DNA of 63,566 bases, the filler included, from Octopus bimaculoides (lineage: Eukaryota), in assembly GCF_001194135.2 (NCBI RefSeq). It is 6 parts of 6 records of this genome, joined end to end, with 100 filler letters (N's around TTAATTAATTAA, not from the genome) between each part and the next. Parts side by side here need not be neighbours in the genome. Positions count along the whole stretch, not along the records: positions 12,921 to 39,175 come from NC_068988.1; 5 more parts are not named here. The stretch is one strand, 5' to 3'. The notes beneath the pieces were generated by a model, which was given only the letters and a program-made list of their open reading frames with translations, searched no databases and was not told the origin of the DNA. Shown here piece after piece: positions 24,091 to 36,304 of the stretch (the first letter of the stretch is position 1; every line of letters begins with the position of its first letter). A program made the position numbers and the translations under genes.

Positions 24091-25250
24091 CAAGGGTCAG
24101 CTGAAAAGTTCATAGGCTGACCATGATGTTCTCATAGAGCGTGACCAAATGAGGTTTATTTTCCAACATAGTCCTCCTTGCAGTCCATGCATTTCTTCCA
24201 TCAGTGTTGCAGTGCTTGAATGCCATCAGTGTATAAGCATTCATCCTGTTGGTCAAAAATGTCATCAACAACAGATATGACAGCATCATCACTGCAATAC
24301 TGGTTCCCAGCCAAAACAAGAGAATAAGGAGGGTGGTCAACCAGGTCAAAGCCATGGTCATTGCACAGTAGGCACTAAAACGAAGGACTTATGTGCTGGA
24401 GCATTTTCCTCATGAAACATGTCTCCTTTTGTCAGTTTCCCCTACACATTTGTTCTTGATAACCTTTTGTAACTGCTTCAGCAGGTTGGCATAGTATTTA
24501 CCATTGATGGTGTGGCCCTTTTGAAGATAGTCAATAAACACAACACTGAGTCCATCACCTTATCTACAGATGAAATGACCTTAGTCTTCTTTGGAGCGGA
24601 GAGGTATTTCTACTGCATGGATTGACTCTTTGTCTCTGGTTCAATGTGATGAACCCAACACTCATTCTGGGTTAGGAAATGTTCAAGGAAACCAGCTGAA
24701 ACTGCCTGAAACAATGTCAGATTTTCCAGTGATATGATCAGTCTGGTGCACTTTTGATTGTGTGTCAGAAGATTGATCATCCACCGAGCAGAAATGTTCA
24801 TCATGCCAAGTTCATTGTGCAGAATATTCTCAACTCTTTCATGAGATTTGCTAATAACATTGGATACTTCATGTTTAGTCAATTGCTTGTGACCCTTCAC
24901 CATGTAGTGAACACAATCAATGTTTTTCTTGGTGGTGGCAATTGCAGGACATCCAGACCTCAGGTCATCTTCATGATTCTCTCTCACTTTCCTAAATTTA
25001 GTTGCCCACTTTTGGAGCATCATCCCCAAATGTAGCAGCCATGTCATCATGAATGTCATTAAAGGTTAAATGTATTTGATAACATCACCATGCCAAATTT
25101 TGTCCTTTTTCAAGAGAAGCCACTACCAGTCACTTTTGAAGAAAGTGTTCTTTGAACAGTCAGATGTCAGTTGAAATTAATGCATGCAAGACTTTACAGC
25201 TCTAGCATCACTCCTTCATAGTCAGCCTATGAACCTTTTTTTACTCTAAA
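24091..25250 (-). mobile_element. Decayed mariner (DD34D-type) transposon
   Basis: TA|caagggtcagctgaaaagttcataggctgac TIR, partial mate gtcagcctatgaac at 25221. Motifs DD.RSG.P, WVHH.EPETK.QS.Q, HPPYS. The region of the third Asp is deleted. Confidence 0.85.
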
Positions 25251-25444
25251 TATGCGTGTAAGTGTATATCTGTATGTGTGTGCATGCATGTTTACTGTGT
25301 TTGTGCATGTGTGTGTATGTTCAATACACATGTATATGTTTATGTGCTAGTGTGTGTATGTAGCGTGTTGTGTGTATATATGTATAAATTTATATGTGTT
25401 TAAAGTATGTATGTGTGTTTATGTTTGTAAATCTGTGTGAATAA

Positions 25445-25615
25445 CATTTAATATTCCTTTGTGAAAGCACATGGTCTAATTGTTAGGAAGTCTGGCTCCT
25501 GACCATGAGCTGTAGGTTCAATCCTTGGTCCAGGCCAGGCAGCATATCCTTGAACAAAACACTTCATATCACATTGCCTCAGTCTACTCAGCTGTAAATG
25601 AGTACCAACCAGGTA
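25445..25615 (+). mobile_element. Degenerate tRNA-headed SINE, head + body X
   Basis: ggttcaatcc B-box-like, then atccttgaacaaaacacttcatatcacattgcctcagtctactcagctgtaaatgagtacc. Confidence 0.6.
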
Positions 25616-26404
25616 CAGGTGCATCTTTCTCTCTCTGTTGATATTCCACCAGGTCTAGGGTAAGGGTGAATGTCAAGACAGTATCTATGCCTGCTTAGGA
25701 CTACATAGGCACCTAAAACAATTAGCAAAACCATGGTACATATTGCTAACTCTTACTTGCTCATGATTGCCAGTTATAGCTGTTCTATACTGAATTAATG
25801 TCTTTGCTTATGGAAAAAGTGCAGTAGATTTGGCTGTTATTTCTAACAGACGAAATAACTACATAGAGACTCTCTGGTTGTCTGGTTCAACTAGTCTTAA
25901 CTCTTCCATATACTGCTGAATTCTATATTGTATTGAAATCACTTCCAATACATATCCATTCATCCAAACGGAATTTCTTTTGTCATGATATAGAAATCAT
26001 GGATCGAACGATCAATAAGCCACAATCAATCACTTTTATTTTCAGAGTTGCATGTTTAATTGGTTTACTTTCGTTTGTTATTGTTGTTGTTGTTCCGATC
26101 CAGTATAGATCTTTTTTCATTATTTCTATAACATTGCCAGCAGCCCATTATCTTTAAATACATCATGTATGCACAGGCACACACAAAGACACAGACACAG
26201 ACAGACACACACACACACGTGTATGTATGTGTGGTGATAAAATTTCTTGGAGAACTGTCAGCCACCAGAGTGCCATGTTTTGTATCAAACCAACAAATTC
26301 CATTTTACTAATGCAATGGAATTTGTCGTTATTCAATATTAGACAAGACCTAATGGCAATGGATTATGCCATGCATAAATATGGTCAGCAGGGAGTTAGT
26401 CAAT

Positions 26405-26540
26405 ATCATTGATCCTAGTAATTGACTTGTATATTATTTTATGAACCTTGAAAGGATGAAAAGCAATGTTGACACCAACAGGATTTGAACTCATGATGCA
26501 AAGAGCCAGAACAATACCGCAAAGTATTTTTTCTGATGAT
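26405..26540 (-). mobile_element. Fragment of another SINE family
   Basis: Reverse complement reads tgagttcaaatcc...gtcaacattgcttttcatcctttc; related to 54610-54640 (gaggttgactttgccgttcatgcttcc). Confidence 0.5.
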
Positions 26541-27427
26541 TTTTGCTAGCTTTCTGTCCTTTATCATGTATAAATTATGCTAATTTAAACTAAAGAGCTT
26601 GGTTGGCTTTTCAGAGCCTTGTTTCAATGGTTCTTACATCAGTAGTATTTGTGACAACTTTCACCAGCAATTCTCCCCCCCCCCCACTTCTCTCTCTCTC
26701 CAGAATAATAATGAAAACAGAGCTACCAAACCTCAAACCATTTTTCTCTGATGTAACAACATTACTGCCACAAACCATTTTAGCTTCAACAGTTATCATG
26801 ATCTGCACATCTCTTACAGATAACTTGTATCACAGGAAGTACAGCTTTACTGCCCTAAGCTATCGTGAGTTCCACATCCTTTTGACAGATTATCATGCCT
26901 TTAATGCTTTTCTATCGACCGGCTTTTACAGCTAGTTGCATTATAATTGTGAGCTGCTGAAGGTTTCCCCTGCAGTAACGAGACATCCTTTTTATCAGGA
27001 AGCCATCATCTTTCAGCCACAAGTCATCACAGCCACAGCAGCTATCACAATCTATATGTTATTGATAGAAACCAGTATCACCTCAAATGACAAACTCTAT
27101 TTTCTTAATACTAAACTTTCCTTTTCAGCCAGTCTCAAATATCAGGCATAAAACAACTAAAAGAATAGCAATTCCTAAAATTCATATTTTTTCATTGGCA
27201 TGGCTGTGTGGTTAGATGGTTTTCTTCTCATCCACATGGTTTAGGGCTCAGTTAAATTGTCTTCTACTATAACCCTGGGCAAACCAAAGCTTTGAGAGTG
27301 GATTTGGTAGATGAAAGCTAAAAGAGTTTCATTGTGTGTGTGTGTGTGTGTGTGTTTGTGTGTGTGTTTGCATGTGTGTGTGTGTGTATGTGAGTGTATG
27401 TGCGCGCATGTGTGTGTATTATATATA

Positions 27428-30400
27428 TTGTTATGAAGTGGGTTCCTCTCTTTAGTGTGATGTATGACTGCTAGTGTACTGTAGTTGCTGTTTTACACTA
27501 GTAGCCACAATAGTTACTAGTGTAGGAGCACGGTGCCTATCCCATAGTTGCTAGCATCTGTAGCTAGTATTATCTCTAACTTTGGGTCAAAATGCATAAG
27601 ATACAAGTCTGAAGTTAACACATCTTTTAATTTATTAAATGTTTTCTGGCATTTCTCTGTTCAAACCCATTTAACATTTGTTTTAGTAATTCATTAAGTA
27701 GCCCCTTTACTTTATGTATATTTGGGATATACACTTGGTAATAATATACCAAGCCTAGGAACGCTTGTAGCATTGTCACGTTCGTCGGGGGTAGCATATT
27801 TCGTATCGCCATCACTCTTGATGTGTCTGGTCTGTGTCCACTTTCATAGATAACGTGAGCTAGGTATTTTATTTTTTCCATCAAAAATTCGTGTTTTTCT
27901 TCTGTCAGTTTTATCCTGTATTCACTTATTCTCTTGAATACTTTCTTTATGTGTTTGACATGTTGCACTCGAGACTCGCTCTTTATTAAAATGTCATCGA
28001 TGATGAAGTTGCAATCATTTAACATCGCATCAATTATTTATTGGAATATTGCGGGTACCACTTTTACTCCAAACAGCAGTCGTTTGAACTTGTATAATCC
28101 ACGGTGTGTGTTGATTGCTAGTGGATGTGTATGCAATCTCCCTCTAACTGAATTTGAAGGTACACCTCTGAGAGGTCTAACTTTGAGAAAATTTTCCCTC
28201 TGTTTAGTTTAGCAAATACTTCTGAGCTTGGTAGTGGGTAATTGTGTGTGAGTAAACAGTCGTTTAATCTGGTTGAGAAGTCTGCACACACTCTTAGCTT
28301 ATTATTATTTTTTTTTTTACGTAGCCCGCCGATGCTGCCCAGTCTGCATGGTCAATCTTTTGAATTATACTCAGGCTTTCCAACTTTTCTAGTTCTTTAT
28401 TGACCTGGTCTAGCACCACAAACAGCAAGTTCCATTTGGGCCTGAAAATAGGTGTTGAATTTTCTTTGATAGCAATTCTTGTTTTCGTTTTCGTGTAACA
28501 ACNNNNNNNNNNNNNNNNNNNNNNNNNNNNNNNNNNNNNNNNNNNNNNNNNNNNNNNNNNNNNNNNNNNNNNNNNNNNNNNNNNNNNNNNNNNNNNNNNN
28601 NNNNNNNNNNNNNNNNNNNNNNNNNNNNNNNNNNNNNNNNNNNNNNNNNNNNNNNNNNNNNNNNNNNNNNNNNNNNNNNNNNNNNNNNNNNNNNNCTTCA
28701 CTTTTTTGGTTCGATCTTTGAACATTATATTACAAATGCATTCGCCCGTGAAATATAATTTTCTTCCCGTAATACCATACGCTATTTTAGACTACATAAT
28801 TTTGGGATCTTTTCCTTTTCATGGGCAGCTCAATAAATTAATTTTCTTTAGTAAACACTTTCAAACTTCGGATACTGGAAGAATGTATCATATAGAACAT
28901 CTTTTACTCTTAGCGTTGTTGAGAAAAGTTTCTATTTACGAAGTTATTTCGTGTTAAAGTTGTCGTATTTGGGTAATTTCATCCAATCAATGACGTGTAT
29001 TCAGCTGAATAAAATTACTGCTGTTGTTTGTCAACAATAACTATCGGTGGCGTATATTTCGTTTGTCACTGTTATTTATGACATCGTTCGTGTGTTTGCA
29101 CTGGTTTTAGTTTTAGGGTTAGAGTTAGTGTTTTAAAATTAGGGTTAGGGTTACGGAAAAAAGTTAAAAATGAAGAAATTGAAGGGGGCGGGGGAAAAAA
29201 CTTTCAAAATTCTGATTTTTGGCAATTTTTCAGAATCTCCGTATCCGAAAAACTTGAAATACAAAATTTTCTCAATAACGCTAAGAGTAAAAGATATTCT
29301 ATATGACACATTCTAACAATATCTGAAGTTTGAAAGTGTTTAGTTAAAAAAATAATTAATTTATCGACCAGCCGATCAAAAGGAAAATCTCCTTATTTTG
29401 GTTTACCCATTTGTTCCCATGTTTTCTCACTTATGAGTGTGATGTCCCTTCCTGTGTCTGATACTATTGGTTTCATTCTGACACTAGTAATTTCAATTCT
29501 TACACTCACGAATTTTCTGTTGTAGTTACAACTTTTCCTGCTGACAAACTATTTATTTTTTTCTTGTTTGTTCCATTTTCCTATCATTTTAGTTTTGCAG
29601 TGCGATTTTATGTCCTGTAAACCTGCAGCGAAAACACTATGCTTTTTTATACGAACGATCTTTTTTCAGGTACATCCTACCACATGCCATATATGAGTCT
29701 ACATCCCGATATTTTTTCTGTTTTTCCTGCAGCACTTTGTCTTCCGGCATTTTTGAACTGTTCTTATGTGAAAACACTCTTTCCGTTGAATTTCGTATGT
29801 GTCATGCCTTAATTTTAATGTCATATCACACTCTTCCGACAGTTTCTGCAATGTCAAATTCTAGTTCATTTCCAGTTTTGCTAGAATTTTTGTTCGGATT
29901 TCTGTATACCTTGTGTTAATCCTTGTACAAAAATCAAACACTTGAAAGAATCTGGAGTAAGCATATCCAGCCTAAATCTCCTACATTCTTTGTTGACTCT
30001 GCCTGTGTAAGTAGTGAAGTCTTCATCTTCACTCTTTTCTATGGTTAAACATTTCCATCTAGTATTAAACAACAAGCTCTTTTCACTAAACATTTTGCAC
30101 AAAATGTCAATTGTGTCGGTGAAATTTATGTCAAACGCTTTTTTTTTTTTTTTTTTGGTAATATGAAATTACTATAATTCTCATGCTCTGCTATCGCTAG
30201 TTTTCTTAAAACTAGACGCATTTTCATTCCGTCCCTCCAATCCTGACATTCTTTTCCAAAAATTTTTTTCAAATCTTCGAAAGTAAGCCTCGAAGGTTAC
30301 TTTTTCTTTGAGGTCATTTTTGAATTCGCTTATGGAATTTGCTATATGGCCAGGCGGAAATGTATTCTCTGGTTTGGCTATCAACTTCATTTGCTGCTAC

Positions 30401-30849
30401 AATCTTTGTTCTCGTTGTTCCTTGAGTTGTTGTTGCTGTTTTTGCAACTCAACTACCCCAGCTAACGACAAGATTTTTGTCGAGTTATTTAATTTTCCAC
30501 GTGAGTTAGTTTAAACTCTCTGTGTGAATGTTTTTTTTTTCACTCCGCGTAAATTTGTTTTTCCTCGTCGCCACTGTTATAAACTGGGTTCCTCCCACTG
30601 GTGTAATGTGTGACTACCGTTGTACTGTAGTTACTGTTTTACGCTAGTAACCATAATAGTTACTAGTCATCAGATACCGTTGTATCTCTTTGTACCGGAA
30701 CAGTAATACACTTACTTCTCCTGTCTTACTATCGCTGATAACTCTGCAAGACATCTACGAGAACTCTCTCTTGAAGACTGACTACTGGTCTATTTATAAT
30801 GGCTGCCTCTACCCCTTTTTACCGGGAGGGGCATACAGTTTCACTATAC

Positions 30850-30853
<4 letters not shown>
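27428..30853 (-). mobile_element. Decayed Ty3/Gypsy LTR retrotransposon (Mag/K02A2.6-like)
   Basis: 5' LTR about 30575-30853 with TGT...ACA ends and PBS TGGCGACGAGG at 30573-30563. Gag FEAYFRRFEK / FKCLIFVQGL, protease DTGRDIT, RT LRVCADFS, LDLSEVYLQ, FGVKVVPAIFQ, IDDILI, AFLGLV. Truncated before RNase H/integrase. Partial LTR copy at 27428-27520. Confidence 0.9.
28805..29392. mobile_element. 588-bp foldback MITE inserted in the Gypsy protease
   Basis: About 130-bp imperfect TIRs (GGATCTTTTTCCTTTT / GGAGATTTTCCTTTT). 8-bp TSD taattttg / ttattttg. The protease reading resumes on both sides. Confidence 0.88.
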
Positions 30854-30881
<28 letters not shown>

Positions 30882-30906
30882 TAGATACACTTGTGTTCGT
30901 GAAGGT

Positions 30907-31110
30907 GTATGCTGAGCTGTTGAAAAGTTCCAGGTTTTGTGTAAAAGAAAATACAAGACGATCAGTTAATTATGATTTTATTCAACATATTCATCTCTCA
31001 GATTCATACACTTATTGCAGCATTCCCTCGGTTTTTCTAAGCCCTGTAAAAGAACTCGAAAGGTTCAGCCTCCAACCAGGCCTTTCGCGATACCATTAAA
31101 GCGAGGAACT
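30907..31110. mobile_element. Mariner-derived MITE, about 205 bp (second copy 52161-52381)
   Basis: TIRs ...tgttgaaaagttccagg / gaggaactttccagcacctcgta. Internal sequence is homologous between the two copies; TIRs resemble those of the 24091 mariner. Confidence 0.75.
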
Positions 31111-31129
31111 TTCCAGCACCTCGTATATT

Positions 31130-31370
31130 TGTCTTCCTGTTTTGACTTGATGTGGTTGTTGCAAATGAGTTGTACTGTCATACAACCAGTGTCATTCATT
31201 TCCAATATTCTGTGAAAACATGCCTGGCCGTAAGAAAATATTGCCTTGCTTAGAAATGAGAAGATGAGCAACAGGAAGGGCATTCATCCATAACAAAAAT
31301 TTGCTTCAATAAAATCCAACCAAGCTATGCAAGCATGGAAAATTGGATGTTAAAACAATGCTGAATGACA
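31130..31370 (+). mobile_element. Short element with RTE-like tail; inverted mate at 31690-31880
   Basis: gtcattcatttccaatattctgtgaaaacatg...caggaagggcat...tgcaagcatggaaaattggatgttaaaa. Also near 3990-4170 and 1000-1520. Confidence 0.65.
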
Positions 31371-33284
31371 AGGAATCTTTTTTTTTCTGTTAATTCCTCA
31401 TAATACGTTTGCTTATTTTCTCTTCACATCTAAGCCAGGATTTGAAACTGATACTAATCCAAATATAGTGGATTAATGGTTCTGATTAAGGGTTGGGCAA
31501 GATACCTTGTATCATCTGTTTCACTTCTTCATGTTCTGACACCAACACCTGTGATAACATCAATGCCAAGATGAAACTGCTCAAGTTTGTAGCTTTTTCC
31601 TTGGGTTAACATTGGAGGCAGGAGAGAAGAAAACTGCTAGTCTTTGTTAAAAAAAAAATTTTTCAGACATCATCTTCATCATTATCATCATCATAATCAT
31701 AATTATCATCAAAATCATTGCTTTAACATACATTTTTCCATGCTTGTATAGGTTGGAAAGAATTTATTGGAGCAGATTTCCTACAACTGGATGCCTTTCC
31801 AAGCAAGTTGAATAGGTCAGACATGTTTTTGCTGAATATGAGAAATGAATGACATTCATTTAAAAACAATCATGTGATGCCAAGATATATACATATACCC
31901 AATGGGTTACTTTCAGTTTCCAACAACCAAATCCATTCACAAAGATTTGGTCACCCCCATGAAGACACTTGCCCAACGTGACACACAGTATGGCTGAACC
32001 CTAAATCCTGTGGTTAGGAAGTAAACTTCTGAACCAGACAGCTATTTCTATTCCAACATATTCAAATACATGGTCTACATTGAGTGACAGTGGCTCTTTA
32101 TATGTTCAACATAGTGACATTATCCACAGTAGCCAATGTGCCATTTAAACAACTATAATTCATGAATATTGTGTAATAAACTTTTCCAATAACACACCAG
32201 TTGCTTAATTGACTTTGCATAAACATGAATTTAAATCTTGCTTTTGTAAACATTCAAATTTCAACAACATTATTTAATCAATGCTTTAACTACTGTACAT
32301 TTAAGCTTCCATAACATCACAAAGTTTGCAAGTATTTTTATAGGTGATGTTCACAATATTACTCTTGTATCGCTGTATATTTAATGCTTCCATAACATTA
32401 CAGATTTGGTAAAAATTTGTGATTTTGGTTAGCTGAGATTTATGTTATTTAGTCTGGCTGTATGCTGCTCCCAAATAAGACCAATCATGACATTTAGATT
32501 TTATTTAACATGTTTGTTTACTGATTGATATTACGATTGTTATTTTACATAAGTTGTTATGCTGAATACCAGTTGTTAGTGTGTGAGAATGTAAGCTTAG
32601 TGATAGGTGAGAAGAGATATTTCAAAACAAGGACAGAGCAGAATAGCAGCTGGTTACTGAAGAAAATCTTTGCAACTGTGTATCCTATGCATCTCAATTT
32701 AAAAGCATAATTTTGTATGAAAATGGAATTTTCCATTTGAGCATACAAATGCACCAGAACAATAATAGGCTGCAATATGGGACAAGATATTTTGATAAGG
32801 ACTGTCACTGCCAAATATGGAAACTGATATGCTATGATCCTTTTCTTATGACAGAATAGACAGGGTTTCAAATGCTGAGCACTGCTACAGATATTCTATA
32901 TATGAAAATCACTATATGATCCTTGATTATTCCATTTTGTACCACTGGCCAATTTAAGTTATTTTTCTTCATTTTTAAAGCTATTCAAATTTTTAAAAAT
33001 TATTCAAATTTACTAAAAAATTGTGTTCTATTCATAAAAATTTATTTGCTGATGTTAAAGAATATTTAATATCTTATAAAAATTCTGCTTGTCATTGCAT
33101 GACTTAGCCCATTGGTGAGGCTTTCACGTGATTAGAGAAAAAGTGGGAGAAAAAAGAGGGAAAGAGAAGTGTCCATGACATGAGGTAGAGGGAATGTAAT
33201 TGTAGCACTTTCACATAATTAGTTGAAGGGAAAGAGAGCAGAAAGAAAAAGAAAAGTGAGACAGAAAGAGGGAGAGAGAGAGAG

Positions 33285-33670
33285 ATGTTGATGGCATTCC
33301 GTTGCTTACGACGTTGAGGGTTCCAGCTGATCCGATCAACGGAACAGCCTGCTCGTGAAATTAATGTGCAAGTGGCTGAGCACTCCACAGACATGTGTAC
33401 CCTTAACGTAATTCTCGGGGAGATTCAGCGTGACACAGTGTGACGAGGCTGACTCATTGAATTACAGGCACAACAGAAACAGGAAGTAAGAGTGAGAGAA
33501 AGTTGTGGTGAAAGAGTACAGCAGGGTTTGCCACCATCCCCTGCCGGAGCCTCGTGGAGCTTTAAGTGTTTTCGTTCAATAAACACTCACAACGTCCGGT
33601 CTGGGAATCGAAACCGCGATCTTATGACCGCGAATCCGCTGCCCTAACCACTGGGCCATTGCGCCTCCAC
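33285..33670 (-). mobile_element. Full-length, CpG-retaining tRNA-headed SINE, body Y + tail P, inserted in (GA)n
   Basis: Head GTGGAGGCGCAATGGCCCAGTGGTTAGGGCAGCGG with A-box TGGCCCAGTGG and B-box GTTTCGATTCC. (GA)n on both flanks. Confidence 0.92.
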
Positions 33671-33889
33671 GAGAGAGAGAGAGAAAAAGGGAAAGAAAAG
33701 CATGCATGATGTATGTGGTAGGGTGAATGTAATAATTTTAGCAGAGGTGTGATTTCTGATGGTGAACTGAGTTTTTGTATATCACCTATTGTTTAATGCA
33801 TGCACATAAGTGCAATTCCATGAAATATTTGCACTTATTTATGTGGCAGATATATGCAATTTTAAATTTCGCTCAAGGCTGTATCATAT

Positions 33890-34335
33890 TCTTTTATTCT
33901 TTTACTTGTTTCAACCATTTGACTGTGGACATGCTGGAGCACCATCTTTAGTTGTACAAATCGACCACAGGACTTCTTCTTTGTAAACCTAGTATTNNNN
34001 NNNNNNATGCTGGAGCACCATCTTTAGTTGTACAAATCGACCACAGGACTTCTTCTTTGTAAACCTAGTATTTATTCTATCAGTTTCTTTTGCTGAACTG
34101 CTAAGTTATGGGGATGTAAACACAACAGCATCACTTGTCAAGCGATGTTGGGGGGACAAACACAGACACACAAACATATACATGCATATATGTAGATACG
34201 ATGGGCTTCTTTTAGTTTCCACCTACCAAATCCACTCACATGCCTGAAGCTATAGTAGAAGACACTTGCCCAATGTGCCATGCTGTGGGACTAAATCCGG
34301 AATCATGTGGTTGGGAAGCGGGCTTCTTACCACAC
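33890..34335 (-). mobile_element. SINE family A, full length, with an assembly duplication across a 10-N gap
   Basis: Tail, internal microsatellite and head are all present. 33931-33996 is repeated at 34007-34072. Confidence 0.85.
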
Positions 34336-34944
34336 AGCCACATCTGTGCCTACATGTAGGGGATATTTACTTTTTGTTTGTTTATGGGTTAAATGGAAAA
34401 ATAAAAGTGAATATTTATTTTATGAGTGCTGTGTATTAAGTCTATAAAATTGTGCATAAAGTATATAAAGTGTATATATAAAGTGCATTAAGTAATCATT
34501 GTATTCCAATTTCTTTCACATTTCAATGATTAGTAGATGAGTGACTGTCTTTTGATAGACACAACACAGGCTATGCTTTCAGGTTTTATGGGTGAAGTTT
34601 TCCAAAATAACCCAATAGGTTTACCATTAATTCCATGAAATATTCACATGTCCTGCTAGTTCTTCATTAAAGAACATATTTATTTTGCATTAACTAATCC
34701 TCAAATATAATTTGAGTAAACATAAAGGAATGTATTCTTTCTTAAATAAACAAGAAAAAAAATTTCATTGAACTTTTCCCGCACACACACACACACACAC
34801 ATACACAATGACCCTTACCATACTATTCCTATCAGTCATTTCTGATGATTGTTGGAATTGGATCTCAACTTCTGGTATGAAACCAATTGCTAATGTGGCT
34901 ATCATGGGACTATAACATAGTATATATCATATTAATAATATATA

Positions 34945-36304
34945 CAGGCTGTTTCAAAAAATTTCATATCATTTTGCAATTTAATAACTTTGCCAGTTCT
35001 TGTTCAAATGACTTCAAATTTTAACAGCATGTATAGAAACAGGTCAATATTAAGCATAAAATGCTTAATGTTTATCTTTTCAGGTATAGAAGTGGCATTC
35101 ACTGAAAGAGAAAACGTGTTTTGTGTGTTGGAGTATGCTCAAATACAGTCGGAGAAGACTGTGCAACGTGCATTTGTGAGAGAGTTCTCTAAAAAGTCAC
35201 CAACGGCAATGCAGATTTGGACATGGCACAAAAAATTCAAAGAAGGCTGTCAGTGCTGGGCAAAAGAATTTGGACGACCACTAACATTGGAAGAGATGGC
35301 TGAGCAGTTTTGCCAAAAACTCTTGCAAAGCCTCAAGAAGTCCATAAGAAGAACAAGTCTGGAAACCCAGATTCCTCCAACAACAGTTTGGCACCTCCTG
35401 AGGAAATGCTTGTTAATGAAACCCTACAAGCTGCAGCTTGTTCAGGCCATGGCGGTAGATGACAAGCGAAAGCACAAACAATTTTGTGTTGATATGCAAG
35501 AGAAACTTGAAGAAGCCTAGTTCAAGGAATGTCTTGTTTTCAGTGATGAGGCCACATTTCATATGAATGACAAAGTCAATAAGCATAATATTGGCATTTG
35601 GGGTGAAGAAAATCCCCATGCCACAATTGAGCATGAGAGGGACTCACCAAAACTGAATGTGTTCTGTGCCATCTCCAAGAAGCATCTTCATGGCCCGTTT
35701 TATTTTGAAGGAAATGTGACCGGCAATATTTATCTGCAAATGCTTCAGAACTGGCTAATGGACGAGCTCATTGCAAATGAACCTGAAGACTTTATTTTTC
35801 AACAGGATGGGGCTCCACCTCACTGGAAGCTTACTGTGCAGGTTTATCTCAATGACAATCTGCGAGGAAGATGGATCAGGTGTGCTGGTGATGAAGACAA
35901 TGTGCTGTTGAAATGGATGCCACGTTCACCTGACCTGACACCTTGCAATTTTTTTCTCTGGGGCTATGTGTAGGGCCTGGTTTATGTCCCCACACTTCTT
36001 GCAAACCTAGAGGAACTCGAGCAGAGAATCACTACTGCACTGGAGACTTACCCAAGACATGCTGCAGCGTGTCTGGGAGGAGCTGGACTACCAACTTGAC
36101 GTATGCCATGTCTCAGGCAGTGTGCATATTGAACATTTGTGAAATCGTCCATGGAATCTACATACCTTCGAATTTTTCATTCAAATTTGGAGGAATAAAT
36201 TTTATGATGCTCAGCATAAAGCCTGTTTAGTTTCATTTGCTTTGACTATGTAGTTTCTGTGATATTTACATCTCAAATGATATCAAATTTTCTGAAACAC
36301 CCTT
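34945..36304 (+). mobile_element. Near full-length rosa-like Tc1/mariner transposon (transposase about 35092-36142)
   Basis: TA-flanked TIRs CAGGCTGTTTCAAAAAATTTCATATCATTT / aaatgatatcaaattttctgaaacaccctt. Motifs FSDEATFH, QQDGAPPH, RSPDLTPCNFFLWGYV. Two TAG stops and one frameshift. Confidence 0.93.

Noticed and set aside
33590-33670. tRNA-like sequence with A and B boxes
   Set aside because: It continues into a SINE body and has no complete acceptor stem. It is a SINE head, not a tRNA gene (same for 5120-5197 and 54885-54960).
33931-34072. 66-bp exact tandem duplication in a SINE
   Set aside because: Separated by a 10-N gap; an assembly overlap artefact.
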